Source: Patescibacteria group bacterium
GTDB taxonomy: Bacteria; Patescibacteriota; Patescibacteriia; UM-FILTER-42-10
Length of the DNA: 64,000 nucleotides
NCBI GenBank assembly: GCA_041666845.1
Contig: JBAYGC010000001.1
Coordinates: 28,864-92,863 of the forward strand
Reading direction: 5' to 3'
Part shown: positions 1 through 8,163 of the stretch, in pieces
Position numbering within the stretch: the stretch's first letter is position 1
Layout: every line of letters starts with the position of its first letter
The notes under the pieces: generated by a model
Database searches by the model: none
What the model was told of the DNA's origin: nothing
Seen by the model: the letters and a program-made list of their open reading frames with translations, nothing else
Translations under genes and position numbers: made by a program

Positions 1-165
1 CTCCTTGCGAAGGAGGGGAGCAGAATATTTTACTATTTTAAAATCATGTTCCGGAGGGGTGGTAAAGAGCGCTATTGACCCCGCCAAGGCGGGGCGGGAC
101 TTGCTTCTAGTGGCATTTGATAATGTATAAACGCATCTGCTGATATTAGGCTACAGGCCTGACTA

Positions 166-194
166 TTGACAGCAATACCAGGCCATGCTATCAT
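166..194 (+). promoter_or_regulatory. Candidate sigma70-type promoter (TTGACA-17 nt-TATCAT) inside the 500-nt leader upstream of the first paralog
   Basis: ttgaca at 166-171, 17-nt spacer, tatcat at 189-194. Pattern match only. Confidence 0.25.
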
Positions 195-393
195 ACAATC
201 TCAAGTATTTAATGGTTTTATAGTAGCACTTCAGAAAGTAATACAGACACACAATAAATTGCGTGTTGTTGCGAAGATCAGGCATACAGAAACCAAAACA
301 GTATCAGTTTTTCTCGGAATGAGTTAATAGCGTTCATACATCCAACCCAAGTAATACAGCGGTTATCAGGATAGAAAACGTCACTCGTCGGAA

Positions 394-446
394 GTTAATT
401 GGGACCCTTTAAATGAGGGTTTTTTGATTTGTTAGGGATAAGGGCT
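394..446 (+). repeat. Copy A of a ~50-nt intergenic repeat (gttaattgggaccctttaaatgagggttttttgatttgttagggataagggct). It contains a 5-bp hairpin (accct/agggt) plus T-run.
   Basis: Near-identical to 2236-2294 and partially to 1361-1391. accct...agggt stem followed by tttttt at 421-426. Confidence 0.85.
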
Positions 447-504
447 CAAGAGTTATGGATTATATGGGGTTGATTTTAGTACTAAAATGTGATAAGATTG
501 TTGT

Positions 505-1356
505 ATGAATGAAGCAAAATCATTTGGGAATTTTGGGAATGTGCCGGAAACGCCGAAAGATTCAAATGCAGACAGCAATGAATCAGACATAGTTATTTCC
601 ATTGAGAAATTGAAGGAGATGAATGCAGATGGTAGTCTTGCACAGCTTGGTATTACTGCTGAATTTAATCCCGAAGATCCTCAGAGTATCGCCGAGATTA
701 GAAGGCAAATAGAAGAAAAGGTACAAGCTGAACTAAAAAAAGAACCTGCACCATGGCCGGGTTTAATGACGAGTTTAGGCAAGGACCATACTGCTAGAAA
801 TATGATGATTGGTTTAGGATTGTTTGGTTCAGGGATAGCTGCTATAGACGTTAAGCAAAATTATGAAGAAGATAAAAAGATTAAACAGGAGATCCTTAAC
901 GACGATTCAATTGATGTTTCTACGGAGACAGGCTATATTTATTCTTATGTAAGTGAGTGGAAGGCTAAACATCCGGAAATAACACATATTCAATTGGTTT
1001 CTATGCGTGCATTAAAGGGGAAAAATAACAACCCTGGCGTAAGCGTAGGAATGGGAGGTAAATTTGTTTTTGGGATGTCTATAAATGACGGCAGTTTCGA
1101 CGCTAACGAGATAACTTTATTAATAGGAAGAAAATCAGATTCTCCGGTCATGATTAGGCTAAAAGAGCTTGCAGGAAAAGTAATAAGTGACGAAGATGAA
1201 CAAGAAATGCGAGGGCAGGGGGCGGTAACAATTGAAGAAGATTGGCACGAGATTGGTCTGGGTGACGACGTACTCAATAGTACTATTAAACGTTCTTTGC
1301 TGACACAAGCATTGGATGTGTATGATGAAAAGTATCCATCGGAAACGTCTTCGTAA
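505..1356 (+). CDS. Hypothetical protein, paralog 1 of a tandem pair (283 aa). No recognisable domain; mid-protein hydrophobic Gly-rich segment.
   Basis: Complete ORF. About half of the residues are identical to the ORF at 1398-2231 along the full length (MNExKSF...LGxTAEFNPEDP...HIQL...ALDVYDxxYPSExSS). Weak SD. Confidence 0.7.
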   Translation: MNEAKSFGNFGNVPETPKDSNADSNESDIVISIEKLKEMNADGSLAQLGITAEFNPEDPQSIAEIRRQIEEKVQAELKKEPAPWPGLMTSLGKDHTARNMMIGLGLFGSGIAAIDVKQNYEEDKKIKQEILNDDSIDVSTETGYIYSYVSEWKAKHPEITHIQLVSMRALKGKNNNPGVSVGMGGKFVFGMSINDGSFDANEITLLIGRKSDSPVMIRLKELAGKVISDEDEQEMRGQGAVTIEEDWHEIGLGDDVLNSTIKRSLLTQALDVYDEKYPSETSS

Positions 1357-1360
1357 ATTA

Positions 1361-1391
1361 CCATAAGTTAATCGGGACCCTTTAAATGAGG
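1361..1391 (+). repeat. Copy B (truncated) of the intergenic repeat; the second half of the hairpin is replaced by the SD/start of the next gene
   Basis: ccataagttaatcgggaccctttaaatgagg, then taaaacATG. The agggt half-stem and T-run are lost, so there is probably no terminator between the paralogs. Confidence 0.8.
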
Positions 1392-1397
1392 TAAAAC

Positions 1398-2231
1398 ATG
1401 AATGAAGGAAAATCATTTGATAATAATAATGTTCCTGAAATACCGGAAGATTTGAATGCCGGTAGCAATGAGTCAGGAATAGCTGATACGTTAGAGAGGT
1501 TGAAGGCGATGAGCGCGGATGGCAGTCTCGCGAAGCTTGGTGTTACTGCAGAATTCAATCCTGAAGATCCGGAAAGCATAACGGAAGTAAGAAGTCAGTT
1601 GTCAGAATTGGCACAGAAGAAAATGCAAAAGGGAGTAAAGAGGTCATCCGGATTAATGACAAACATTGGTAGTGATCATACCATGAGAAATATGGGGATC
1701 GGGTTAAGTTTATTCATTTTGGGAAGTGGTGGTGTGGGTCTTAGAAATGCATATGAAGATTATAATAAAATCGAACAAGAGATGAATAGTGACGATTCGA
1801 TTGATGTCGGACGGGAATATAGCATGATATATGATTTAGTTAGTAAGTGGAAAGCAAAACGCCCGGAAGTGACACATATTCAGCTGGCGTCTGCGCGGGC
1901 GCTTAAAGGTAAGTTTAAAGATGGTGACGGAGGTGGGTACTTTGGAATTCAGGGAGATGATGACAGTAGTTTTAACGCATACGAAGTAAACATGATAATT
2001 GGAAGAAAATCCGACGCGCCGGTTGTTTTAAGAGTAAAAAGCGCTGAAGGGCAAGTTATTAGTGATGCGGAAGAAGAAGCGATGAGGCAACGTGGAGAAG
2101 TCAAAATTAAGGAAGAATGGCATGATGTCGACATTAATGGTGAGGAGTTTGGTTATATGCCGAAATATTATATGCTTATGCATGCGTTGGATGTGTATGA
2201 TAAGACTTATCCATCCGAACAGTCTTCGTAA
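1398..2231 (+). CDS. Hypothetical protein, paralog 2 of the tandem pair (277 aa)
   Basis: Complete ORF; GAGG SD 8 nt upstream; paralogous to 505-1356. Confidence 0.7.
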   Translation: MNEGKSFDNNNVPEIPEDLNAGSNESGIADTLERLKAMSADGSLAKLGVTAEFNPEDPESITEVRSQLSELAQKKMQKGVKRSSGLMTNIGSDHTMRNMGIGLSLFILGSGGVGLRNAYEDYNKIEQEMNSDDSIDVGREYSMIYDLVSKWKAKRPEVTHIQLASARALKGKFKDGDGGGYFGIQGDDDSSFNAYEVNMIIGRKSDAPVVLRVKSAEGQVISDAEEEAMRQRGEVKIKEEWHDVDINGEEFGYMPKYYMLMHALDVYDKTYPSEQSS

Positions 2232-2235
2232 GTTA

Positions 2236-2294
2236 CCATAAGTTAATTGGGACCCTTTAAATGAGGGTTTTTTGATTTGTTAGGGATAAGGGCT
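2236..2294 (+). repeat. Copy C (full length) of the intergenic repeat with hairpin plus T-run (likely intrinsic terminator of the paralog pair)
   Basis: Identical over ~50 nt to copy A; gaccctttaaatgagggtttttt at 2251-2274. Confidence 0.85.
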
Positions 2295-2335
2295 TTGGAG
2301 GTAGGGGTTGGGGTGCAGATTTTTTATCCTTCCAA

Positions 2336-2344
2336 TGCTATAAT
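2336..2344 (+). promoter_or_regulatory. Extended -10 promoter element (TGcTATAAT) within a conserved 23-nt motif ttatccttc[c/a]aatg[c/g]tataatg
   Basis: tgctataat at 2336-2344, 32 nt upstream of the helicase start. The same motif recurs at 3785-3808 (extended -10 at 3799-3807). Confidence 0.4.
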
Positions 2345-2375
2345 GCCTGCACTAAGATAAATATTAATAATCGTA

Positions 2376-3701
2376 ATGAAGCAATCGGAAGCGCTGGATA
2401 TATTGAAAATGGGACACAATGTGTTTCTGACGGGATTTGCCGGGAGCGGCAAAACTTTTTTATTAAACAAATATATTGAATATCTGGAGCAGAATGACGT
2501 GGCAGTAGGAGTGACCGCGTCCACAGGCATTGCCGCCACCCATATGGAAGGGCGGACGATCCATTCCTGGGTGGGGATGGGCATTAATTCGGCGATGACT
2601 AAAGCGGAAATCCGGAAGATTCTGAAGAAGCCCCATCTGAAGAAAAGGATTGCGGGGGCGCGGGTTTTGATTATAGATGAAATATCCATGCTGGGACACC
2701 GCCAGCTGGACCTCGTGGATGCGATCTGTAGGCTCGGTAAAAAGCAGGATGTGCCGTTCGGCGGGATGCAGGTGATCCTGTCCGGAGATTTTTTCCAGTT
2801 ACCGCCGATCAACCGAAGTGGAGATGAAGAGCCAAGCGAATTTGCCACGGAGTCTTCAGTGTGGAGAGAGATGGAACTAAAAATTTGTTATCTGGACGAG
2901 CAGTTCCGCCAGTCGGACCAGGTGTTTACCAAGGTTCTGAATGATATACGCGATGACCGCGTAACCGCGGAGACGATCAGCACGTTGATGTCCCGTCTGA
3001 ATATTGAAATTGACCGGGAAGTGATCCCGACGAAACTGAATACGCACAACGCAGATGTGGATGCGATCAATAACCGCGAGCTTGATAAAATTCAGGGAAA
3101 ATCTGTGGAGTTTGAGATGGATTATCATGGCGCCACCGAACTTGTGAAAACTTTGAAGAAGGGATGTCTCGCACCGGAAAAGATTACGCTGAAAAAAGGA
3201 GCGATCGTGATGTTTGTAAAAAATAATTTCAACAAAGGATATGTCAACGGCTCGCTCGGCACGGTGATGAATTTTGATTCGGAAAAAGGCTGGCCGGTCG
3301 TTAAATTACGTTCCGGCAGATTAATTATTGCTGAGCCGGAAAGCTGGGCGATCGAGGAAGACGGAAAAGTAATTGCGGAAGTGGATCAGGTACCTTTGCG
3401 TTTAGCGTGGGCGATCAGCGTGCACAAAAGCCAGGGGATGAGTTTGGAGGCGGCGGAAATTGATCTGAGCCGGGCTTTTGAATGCGGGATGGGTTATGTG
3501 GCATTGTCCCGCGTGCGAACACTGGACGGAATTAAACTGACGGGGATCAATAACAAAGCGCTGGAAGTGAACAAAGCGGTGGTCGGTTTGAACCGGGAAT
3601 TAATCATTCGTTCGCAGATGGATTCTGACCGACTGAAGGATTTGGGGAAGAATAAGGTACACAAAATGCAGAAGGATTTTATTAGTGAGGCGCGAGAGTA
3701 G
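2376..3701 (+). CDS. pif1: Pif1/RecD-family ATP-dependent DNA helicase (SF1B)
   Basis: Walker A GFAGSGKTF, Walker B LIIDEISM, C-terminal AISVHKSQGMSLE motif typical of Pif1/RecD. 441 aa. Confidence 0.85.
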   Translation: MKQSEALDILKMGHNVFLTGFAGSGKTFLLNKYIEYLEQNDVAVGVTASTGIAATHMEGRTIHSWVGMGINSAMTKAEIRKILKKPHLKKRIAGARVLIIDEISMLGHRQLDLVDAICRLGKKQDVPFGGMQVILSGDFFQLPPINRSGDEEPSEFATESSVWREMELKICYLDEQFRQSDQVFTKVLNDIRDDRVTAETISTLMSRLNIEIDREVIPTKLNTHNADVDAINNRELDKIQGKSVEFEMDYHGATELVKTLKKGCLAPEKITLKKGAIVMFVKNNFNKGYVNGSLGTVMNFDSEKGWPVVKLRSGRLIIAEPESWAIEEDGKVIAEVDQVPLRLAWAISVHKSQGMSLEAAEIDLSRAFECGMGYVALSRVRTLDGIKLTGINNKALEVNKAVVGLNRELIIRSQMDSDRLKDLGKNKVHKMQKDFISEARE

Positions 3702-3707
3702 ATAAGC

Positions 3708-3766
3708 GCAGGCGATACGCTCGCCTCGTTTCGAGTCGAAGCGGGCGTATCGCCTGCATAGTTTTC
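3708..3766 (+). terminator. Intrinsic terminator candidate downstream of the helicase (13-bp perfect stem gcaggcgatacgc/gcgtatcgcctgc, then atagtttt)
   Basis: Perfect inverted repeat at 3708-3720 and 3745-3757, with a T-rich tail. Confidence 0.5.
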
Positions 3767-3798
3767 CAATGGCGCGTGTTTTTTATTTATCCTTCAAA

Positions 3799-3807
3799 TG
3801 GTATAAT
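3799..3807 (+). promoter_or_regulatory. Extended -10 promoter element (TGgTATAAT), second copy of the conserved promoter motif
   Basis: tggtataat at 3799-3807; flanking sequence nearly identical to 2316-2344. Confidence 0.4.
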
Positions 3808-3849
3808 GATAATTAGCAAATTATTCTAATTAATATTAATATCAAAATT

Positions 3850-4425
3850 ATGAAAAGAAATGAAGCAGCCAGGGTGTTTGATGCCAGTGAAAAAGAAAGA
3901 AAATTAAAGGGTAGGGGCGAAAAACAGCCAATTTTTCCGGTAGAAGAACCGGAAGATACTGACATGCCACCTGCTGCTAAGATGACATCGTTGGAGGAAT
4001 TTGATCTTGCAGAAAGACAGCTTCAAGCTGAAGAAAAGCGACAGAAAGAATTGGCGGTTCTGCGGGCCAATATGGCTAATTTTATCAACGAAGCCGGTAC
4101 GACGCTGATTAATTTGGATAAGCCTGGTTCTGTGCCGGAGGATAATTTTGAAGACACTGAGGAAATGGGTCGGATTAATGAAATATTCGGAGTGATTGAA
4201 CAAAGCGGTCTCGACAGCGCAACAGTTGAACAACTGTTTGAAACGCTGGAGAATCTGATCATTGCTATAACTCCGGATCAGATTGACCAGGAGAAAATTG
4301 ACCAAATAATTGAAGTGATTGAAGCAAGTGAACTAGAACCCACCCGCAGGCAGGAATTAATCTTGGAACTGAAGAATATGATTGCAACAGCGGTAATGGA
4401 TATGGATGATGCTTCTATTGCATAG
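3850..4425 (+). CDS. Hypothetical acidic protein (191 aa, Glu/Asp-rich)
   Basis: Complete ORF, no recognisable domain. Confidence 0.55.
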   Translation: MKRNEAARVFDASEKERKLKGRGEKQPIFPVEEPEDTDMPPAAKMTSLEEFDLAERQLQAEEKRQKELAVLRANMANFINEAGTTLINLDKPGSVPEDNFEDTEEMGRINEIFGVIEQSGLDSATVEQLFETLENLIIAITPDQIDQEKIDQIIEVIEASELEPTRRQELILELKNMIATAVMDMDDASIA

Positions 4426-4445
4426 ATAATTTACTGTATAAGATT

Positions 4446-5087
4446 ATGCGTAAAATTTTATTAGCTTCTCGAGGCACTTATGTAACGGACGGAAAATATG
4501 ATCTTTTTGACAAACCCCGCAATGAAATAAAATGGGCATATATTACAACGGCCGGAAAAAGTGTGCCAAATACGGAATATATTAGAAAACATAATCAGCG
4601 GATGCGGGAGCTCGGTTGGGATTTTGAAGAGCTGGATATTGACGGGAAAACTCCGGACCAGTTAAGGCAAATTTTAGCGGATAAAGACGCGATCAATATG
4701 CTGGGCGGTAATTCCTTTTTTCTGATCAAATGCATCAGAGAAAGCGGGTTTAAAAAAGTTTTGGAAGAATTCTTGGAACGTGGGGGAGTATATTGCGGTT
4801 CCAGTGCCGGTTCATATGTTGCTTGTCCGAGTATGGAAATGGCAACCTGGAAAAAACCGGCCAAATTCGACCGTCACGGCATTACTGACTTTGCCGGGAT
4901 GAATTTGGTGCCTTTTCTGATCGTCGCGCACTGCACGCCGGAAATTATTGCCATGGTCAAACCGCAGATCGAAAAATCAAAATATGATGTAAAATTGTTA
5001 AATGACCAGCAGGCGATCCAGATTAAAGATGGCCGTATAGAATTTCTGGAGGATCTGAATATTCAATTCAAGAATTTCGGGGGATGA
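4446..5087 (+). CDS. Peptidase S51 family (dipeptidase E / cyanophycinase-like, class I glutamine amidotransferase-like fold)
   Basis: GGNSFFL and CGSSAGS (nucleophilic Ser in GxSxG) motifs; 213 aa. Confidence 0.7.
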   Translation: MRKILLASRGTYVTDGKYDLFDKPRNEIKWAYITTAGKSVPNTEYIRKHNQRMRELGWDFEELDIDGKTPDQLRQILADKDAINMLGGNSFFLIKCIRESGFKKVLEEFLERGGVYCGSSAGSYVACPSMEMATWKKPAKFDRHGITDFAGMNLVPFLIVAHCTPEIIAMVKPQIEKSKYDVKLLNDQQAIQIKDGRIEFLEDLNIQFKNFGG

Positions 5088-5156
5088 TAGCAGCAACCAT
5101 TGCGACCCCGAGTGAGCCGAGGGGGCGCGCGATCCCGTTATTTACACTATTATCAA

Positions 5157-5582
5157 ATGAAAGAACAAAAACAAATTGAAATAGTATTAAGAGCAATTAT
5201 TGTTATCAACAATAAACTCTTAATGTGTGTTTTGCATGATCAGCCGCCGGTGCATTTTTTGCCCGGTGGGCATTTGGAATTCGGGGAAACTTTGGAGGAT
5301 GGTTTGAAAAGGGAAATAAAAGAAGAAATGGGAGTTGAAATAAAATCAATGGAATTTTTGAAGCAATTTGAGAATATTTATGAAATGCATGGAATAAAAC
5401 ACCACGAAATAAATCTGGTACATAAAGTTTCCTTAAATATTGAAAGAACGGAAGAAATTAAAGCACAGGAGGATCATATTTCATTTACCTGGGTTGGAAT
5501 AGAAAAGATAAAGGATATTAAAATGCTGCCGCCGGTAATCCTCCGGTATCTGGTAGAATATTTTTCCGGTAAAGCTTCATAA
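5157..5582 (+). CDS. NUDIX hydrolase
   Basis: Nudix box GGHLEFGETLEDGLKREIKEEMGVE. I place the start at ATG 5157; the ORF-track start at 5100 is a TTG. Confidence 0.8.
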   Translation: MKEQKQIEIVLRAIIVINNKLLMCVLHDQPPVHFLPGGHLEFGETLEDGLKREIKEEMGVEIKSMEFLKQFENIYEMHGIKHHEINLVHKVSLNIERTEEIKAQEDHISFTWVGIEKIKDIKMLPPVILRYLVEYFSGKAS

Positions 5583-6151
5583 TGAAAAAACAGGTTGCTA
5601 TTAATAATGAAGTGCTAACCTACACCGTGCGGAAGAGTCTGCGCGCGAGGAGAATGCGCCTCGCGGTGCACAGCGACGGCACAGTAGTCGTGACTATGCC
5701 GTTTCGGTTTACAAACCGTCTGGCCGATAAATTTGTACAGGAGAAACATGACTGGATTATTCGGAAGATTGCCTATTTTAAGCAGCGCAAAAAACCCGCA
5801 TCACTGGTATATACCAAAAAAGATTATTTGAAATACCGGGAGGTTGCGAAGAATTTTGCACTGGAGCGAGTGGAGCATTTTAATGAAACATATAATTTCA
5901 AATACAACCGTGTCAGTATCCGCAACCAGAAAACAAGGTGGGGGAGCTGTTCCGGCAAGGGCAATCTGAATTTTAATTATAAAATCGTCCATTTGCCCCT
6001 GCGGATTGCTGATTATATTGTTGTGCATGAATTGTGCCATTTAAAGGAAATGAATCATTCCAAAAAGTTCTGGGATTTAGTAGGGATGTTTTTTCCGGAC
6101 CACAAGGCAATCAGAAAAGAGCTGAAGAGGTTGAGTATAGATTTGAATTAG
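5582..6151 (+). CDS. DUF45/YgjP-like (M48-related, WLM-like) zinc metallohydrolase
   Basis: HELCHLKEMNHS HExxH motif near the C-terminus, typical of the YgjP/DUF45 family. Start overlaps the NUDIX stop (TAATG). Confidence 0.75.
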   Translation: MKKQVAINNEVLTYTVRKSLRARRMRLAVHSDGTVVVTMPFRFTNRLADKFVQEKHDWIIRKIAYFKQRKKPASLVYTKKDYLKYREVAKNFALERVEHFNETYNFKYNRVSIRNQKTRWGSCSGKGNLNFNYKIVHLPLRIADYIVVHELCHLKEMNHSKKFWDLVGMFFPDHKAIRKELKRLSIDLN

Positions 6152-6162
6152 TGGTATTAATT

Positions 6163-6171
6163 TGATATAAT
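6163..6171 (+). promoter_or_regulatory. Extended -10 element TGaTATAAT upstream of ORF 6200
   Basis: tgatataat at 6163-6171. Confidence 0.3.
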
Positions 6172-6199
6172 CAACCTATAATTATTTATCGATAAATCA

Positions 6200-6760
6200 A
6201 TGACCGAAGGGGAAATCAAATATCCAAATGCGCAGGAAGAAGGGGTAACTCCGGAAATAGATCAGGCTCGTAAGCTTGGTATTTTTACACCAATGTCGGA
6301 AGATATGACATGGTTAAGTTCAAAAGCAGAAAGTGAACTTAAAGCAAATAACGAACAGGTAGCTTCGGAGCAGGAGCAGCCAGATTATTTAATTGCAAAA
6401 GAAAAAGATGATGTTGGTAATTTACAGGATCCTCATGTGAGAGAAAATCTTGAATCAAAGTATGCCATTGATAGAGGGCTGGTGGAAGCTAGGAGGCTGC
6501 GTGAAGTAAATAATGCTATGGAAAAAGAAATCGCCGGCATGCTTCTGGGTCATGATATAGAACAGTTCCGCACACCAAACCAAGCGCAATTACTGGCCAT
6601 CCGTGAAACACTTAATGTCGCTTATCAGCAAGATCCTCAGATTAATGATCGACCACAGGCAAAAGAACGTATCAGAGAAATTATTGCTTTAGAAAAACAG
6701 TTATCCGAATTGCTTGTAACTTTTGGACAAGAGGTACAGGATATTGCCAGCAGTCGGTAA
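6200..6760 (+). CDS. Hypothetical protein (186 aa)
   Basis: Complete ORF; no domain recognised. Confidence 0.5.
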   Translation: MTEGEIKYPNAQEEGVTPEIDQARKLGIFTPMSEDMTWLSSKAESELKANNEQVASEQEQPDYLIAKEKDDVGNLQDPHVRENLESKYAIDRGLVEARRLREVNNAMEKEIAGMLLGHDIEQFRTPNQAQLLAIRETLNVAYQQDPQINDRPQAKERIREIIALEKQLSELLVTFGQEVQDIASSR

Positions 6761-6942
6761 CTGATTTAGATGTGAGCTCATATTTAAATTAGATCCCCGG
6801 GTAATCCCGATGATGACAGTATTACAATTTGTCATTCCCGCGAAACTTGTCCTCGACCTGATCGGGGAGCGGGAATCTACACTTTTTATACCATCGTTTC
6901 GATTTTGGTCGAAGCAGGAGTGTTTATCTTTTTAATGTTAAG

Positions 6943-6982
6943 ATAAAAAAATACCGCCGGGCTCTCGAGGGAGAGGGGCGGT
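6943..6982 (-). terminator. Intrinsic terminator of the minus-strand gene 7013-7903 (GC stem ccgcc.../...ggcgg followed by a T-run on the minus strand)
   Basis: Plus strand reads aaaaaaat + accgccgggctctcgagggagaggggcgg. The minus-strand reading is a hairpin followed by tattttttt. Confidence 0.55.
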
Positions 6983-7012
6983 TTTCGGTTGCCTACAGGG
7001 TAGGCGAAGGTG

Positions 7013-7903
7013 CTATTCCAAACGCTCTTGGAGCGGATCGAAGTCCGAGTAGAGCGTGAACAGAAGATCGATCATGCCGGCTCCGAATTCCTCGTCGGAT
7101 GTGGCGCACTGTTCGATCATGAGCATGTTGGCGCTCACGATCATGTCGGTTGCATAGAACCCGGCGTCGAGCGGGGACTCAATCGAAACGCAGTTGCGGA
7201 TCAGGTCTTCGTCCGAGGGTACAGGGCCCATCGTGTAGGCGTAGGGTTCATTACTCTCCGCCATGATTCGCTGGCGCTGCTTTGCGCTTTCCTGCGCGGC
7301 TTCGAGCCACTTCCCATTGGTCATCTCGTTGATGACCATGAACACCGTGTGGTGTGCTTCGTATTCTTCGAAGAGCCACAGGTCGGAGAGCGGCTCCGCG
7401 ACGATTTCCCCGTCTTCATCGGTGCAGTCCCGGGCGTGGACGATTTCGTGTGCGAGACAGAGTCCGCGCACGAGCGGTCCGAACCCGCAGGTTGCCAGTA
7501 TCACCGAGCGCGATTCGCAGAAGAACTCTGCGAAAATCGCATCCTCTTCCCGAAGAAGCGGAATCGGATTCGGATTCGCTACGATGAAGAAGTCGAGCGG
7601 ACTGTCCAGCGGTTCCACCACCTCGAAGAGCCTGGAGTCGACGTACTTCGCACGCACGGCGTGCGCGTCGTAGAACTCGAGGAGTTCCTTGGCGGTTGCC
7701 GATAGCTCGGCGAGCGCTGCGAGATCATCCCGCGCCGTGTCGAGAATCTGGTTCTCGGCTTCGGTCAGCACGGGCAGGGCCAGTGCGGAGTAGGTGCTGT
7801 CTTCTTGGGACTGGGCGGGAACGCAATAAGCGAAGACACAGAACATGAGGGCCAGGAGCAGGTAGAGAGCGACCTTGTGCCGGGTACGCATGGGAGGTTC
7901 CAT
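7013..7903 (-). CDS. Secreted hypothetical protein with an HExxH motif (putative metallopeptidase-like); GC-rich foreign composition
   Basis: N-terminal signal/TM segment VALYLLLALMFCVFAYCVPAQSQ; AHEIVHARD motif. This is the most protein-like of the overlapping frames in the GC-rich block. Confidence 0.55.
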   Translation of the reverse strand: MEPPMRTRHKVALYLLLALMFCVFAYCVPAQSQEDSTYSALALPVLTEAENQILDTARDDLAALAELSATAKELLEFYDAHAVRAKYVDSRLFEVVEPLDSPLDFFIVANPNPIPLLREEDAIFAEFFCESRSVILATCGFGPLVRGLCLAHEIVHARDCTDEDGEIVAEPLSDLWLFEEYEAHHTVFMVINEMTNGKWLEAAQESAKQRQRIMAESNEPYAYTMGPVPSDEDLIRNCVSIESPLDAGFYATDMIVSANMLMIEQCATSDEEFGAGMIDLLFTLYSDFDPLQERLE

Positions 7904-8163
7904 CCTTTCGGGTCTTCCTGTTTTCGGTTGCCGTGTGAAATTGCACCTGACTGCGAGTTTCGTTCAGAAACCTGTAAATCTCCTTTCAAGCAGGAATTCT
8001 GACTATCCTATATAACATTATATTTAAATTTTGTCCAGACCCGAAAGCCGTTATTGCAAAAATTCATATTGGAATTAGCATATTTAGCTTGCAAAAAATT
8101 CCGGTTATGTTAGGGTGGCGATAGTTGTAAGTTGCCCGAAGTCTTCAAACGAGGACGGATGCC

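Noticed and set aside
990-1579. Minus-strand ORFs 990-1364, 1159-1416 and 1382-1579 antisense to the tandem paralogs
   Set aside because: They overlap well-supported plus-strand paralog genes, their translations are Ser/Leu/Ile-rich and unlike proteins, and they have no start context.
2324-2848. 174-aa minus-strand ORF overlapping the Pif1 helicase 5' region
   Set aside because: It is antisense to a gene with clear Walker A/B motifs and would start inside the helicase promoter.
5100-5156. ORF-track start of the NUDIX gene at 5100
   Set aside because: The codon at 5100 is TTG with no SD. The ATG at 5157 gives a protein beginning just before the Nudix fold and fits the 141-aa size typical of the family.
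6770-6801. Resemblance of gagctc...gatccccgggta to a plasmid polylinker (SacI, BamHI/SmaI sites), and of cccggatcctct at 14168-14179
   Set aside because: The 12-mer gatccccgggta matches a pUC-type multiple cloning site, but the order of flanking sites is not collinear with any polylinker and no further vector sequence follows. I treat it as a chance restriction-site-rich palindrome, noted only as a possible boundary inverted repeat.
7010-7705. 231-aa and 136-aa plus-strand ORFs antisense to the secreted HExxH protein
   Set aside because: GC-rich antisense artefacts; the minus frame has a signal peptide and a coherent composition.
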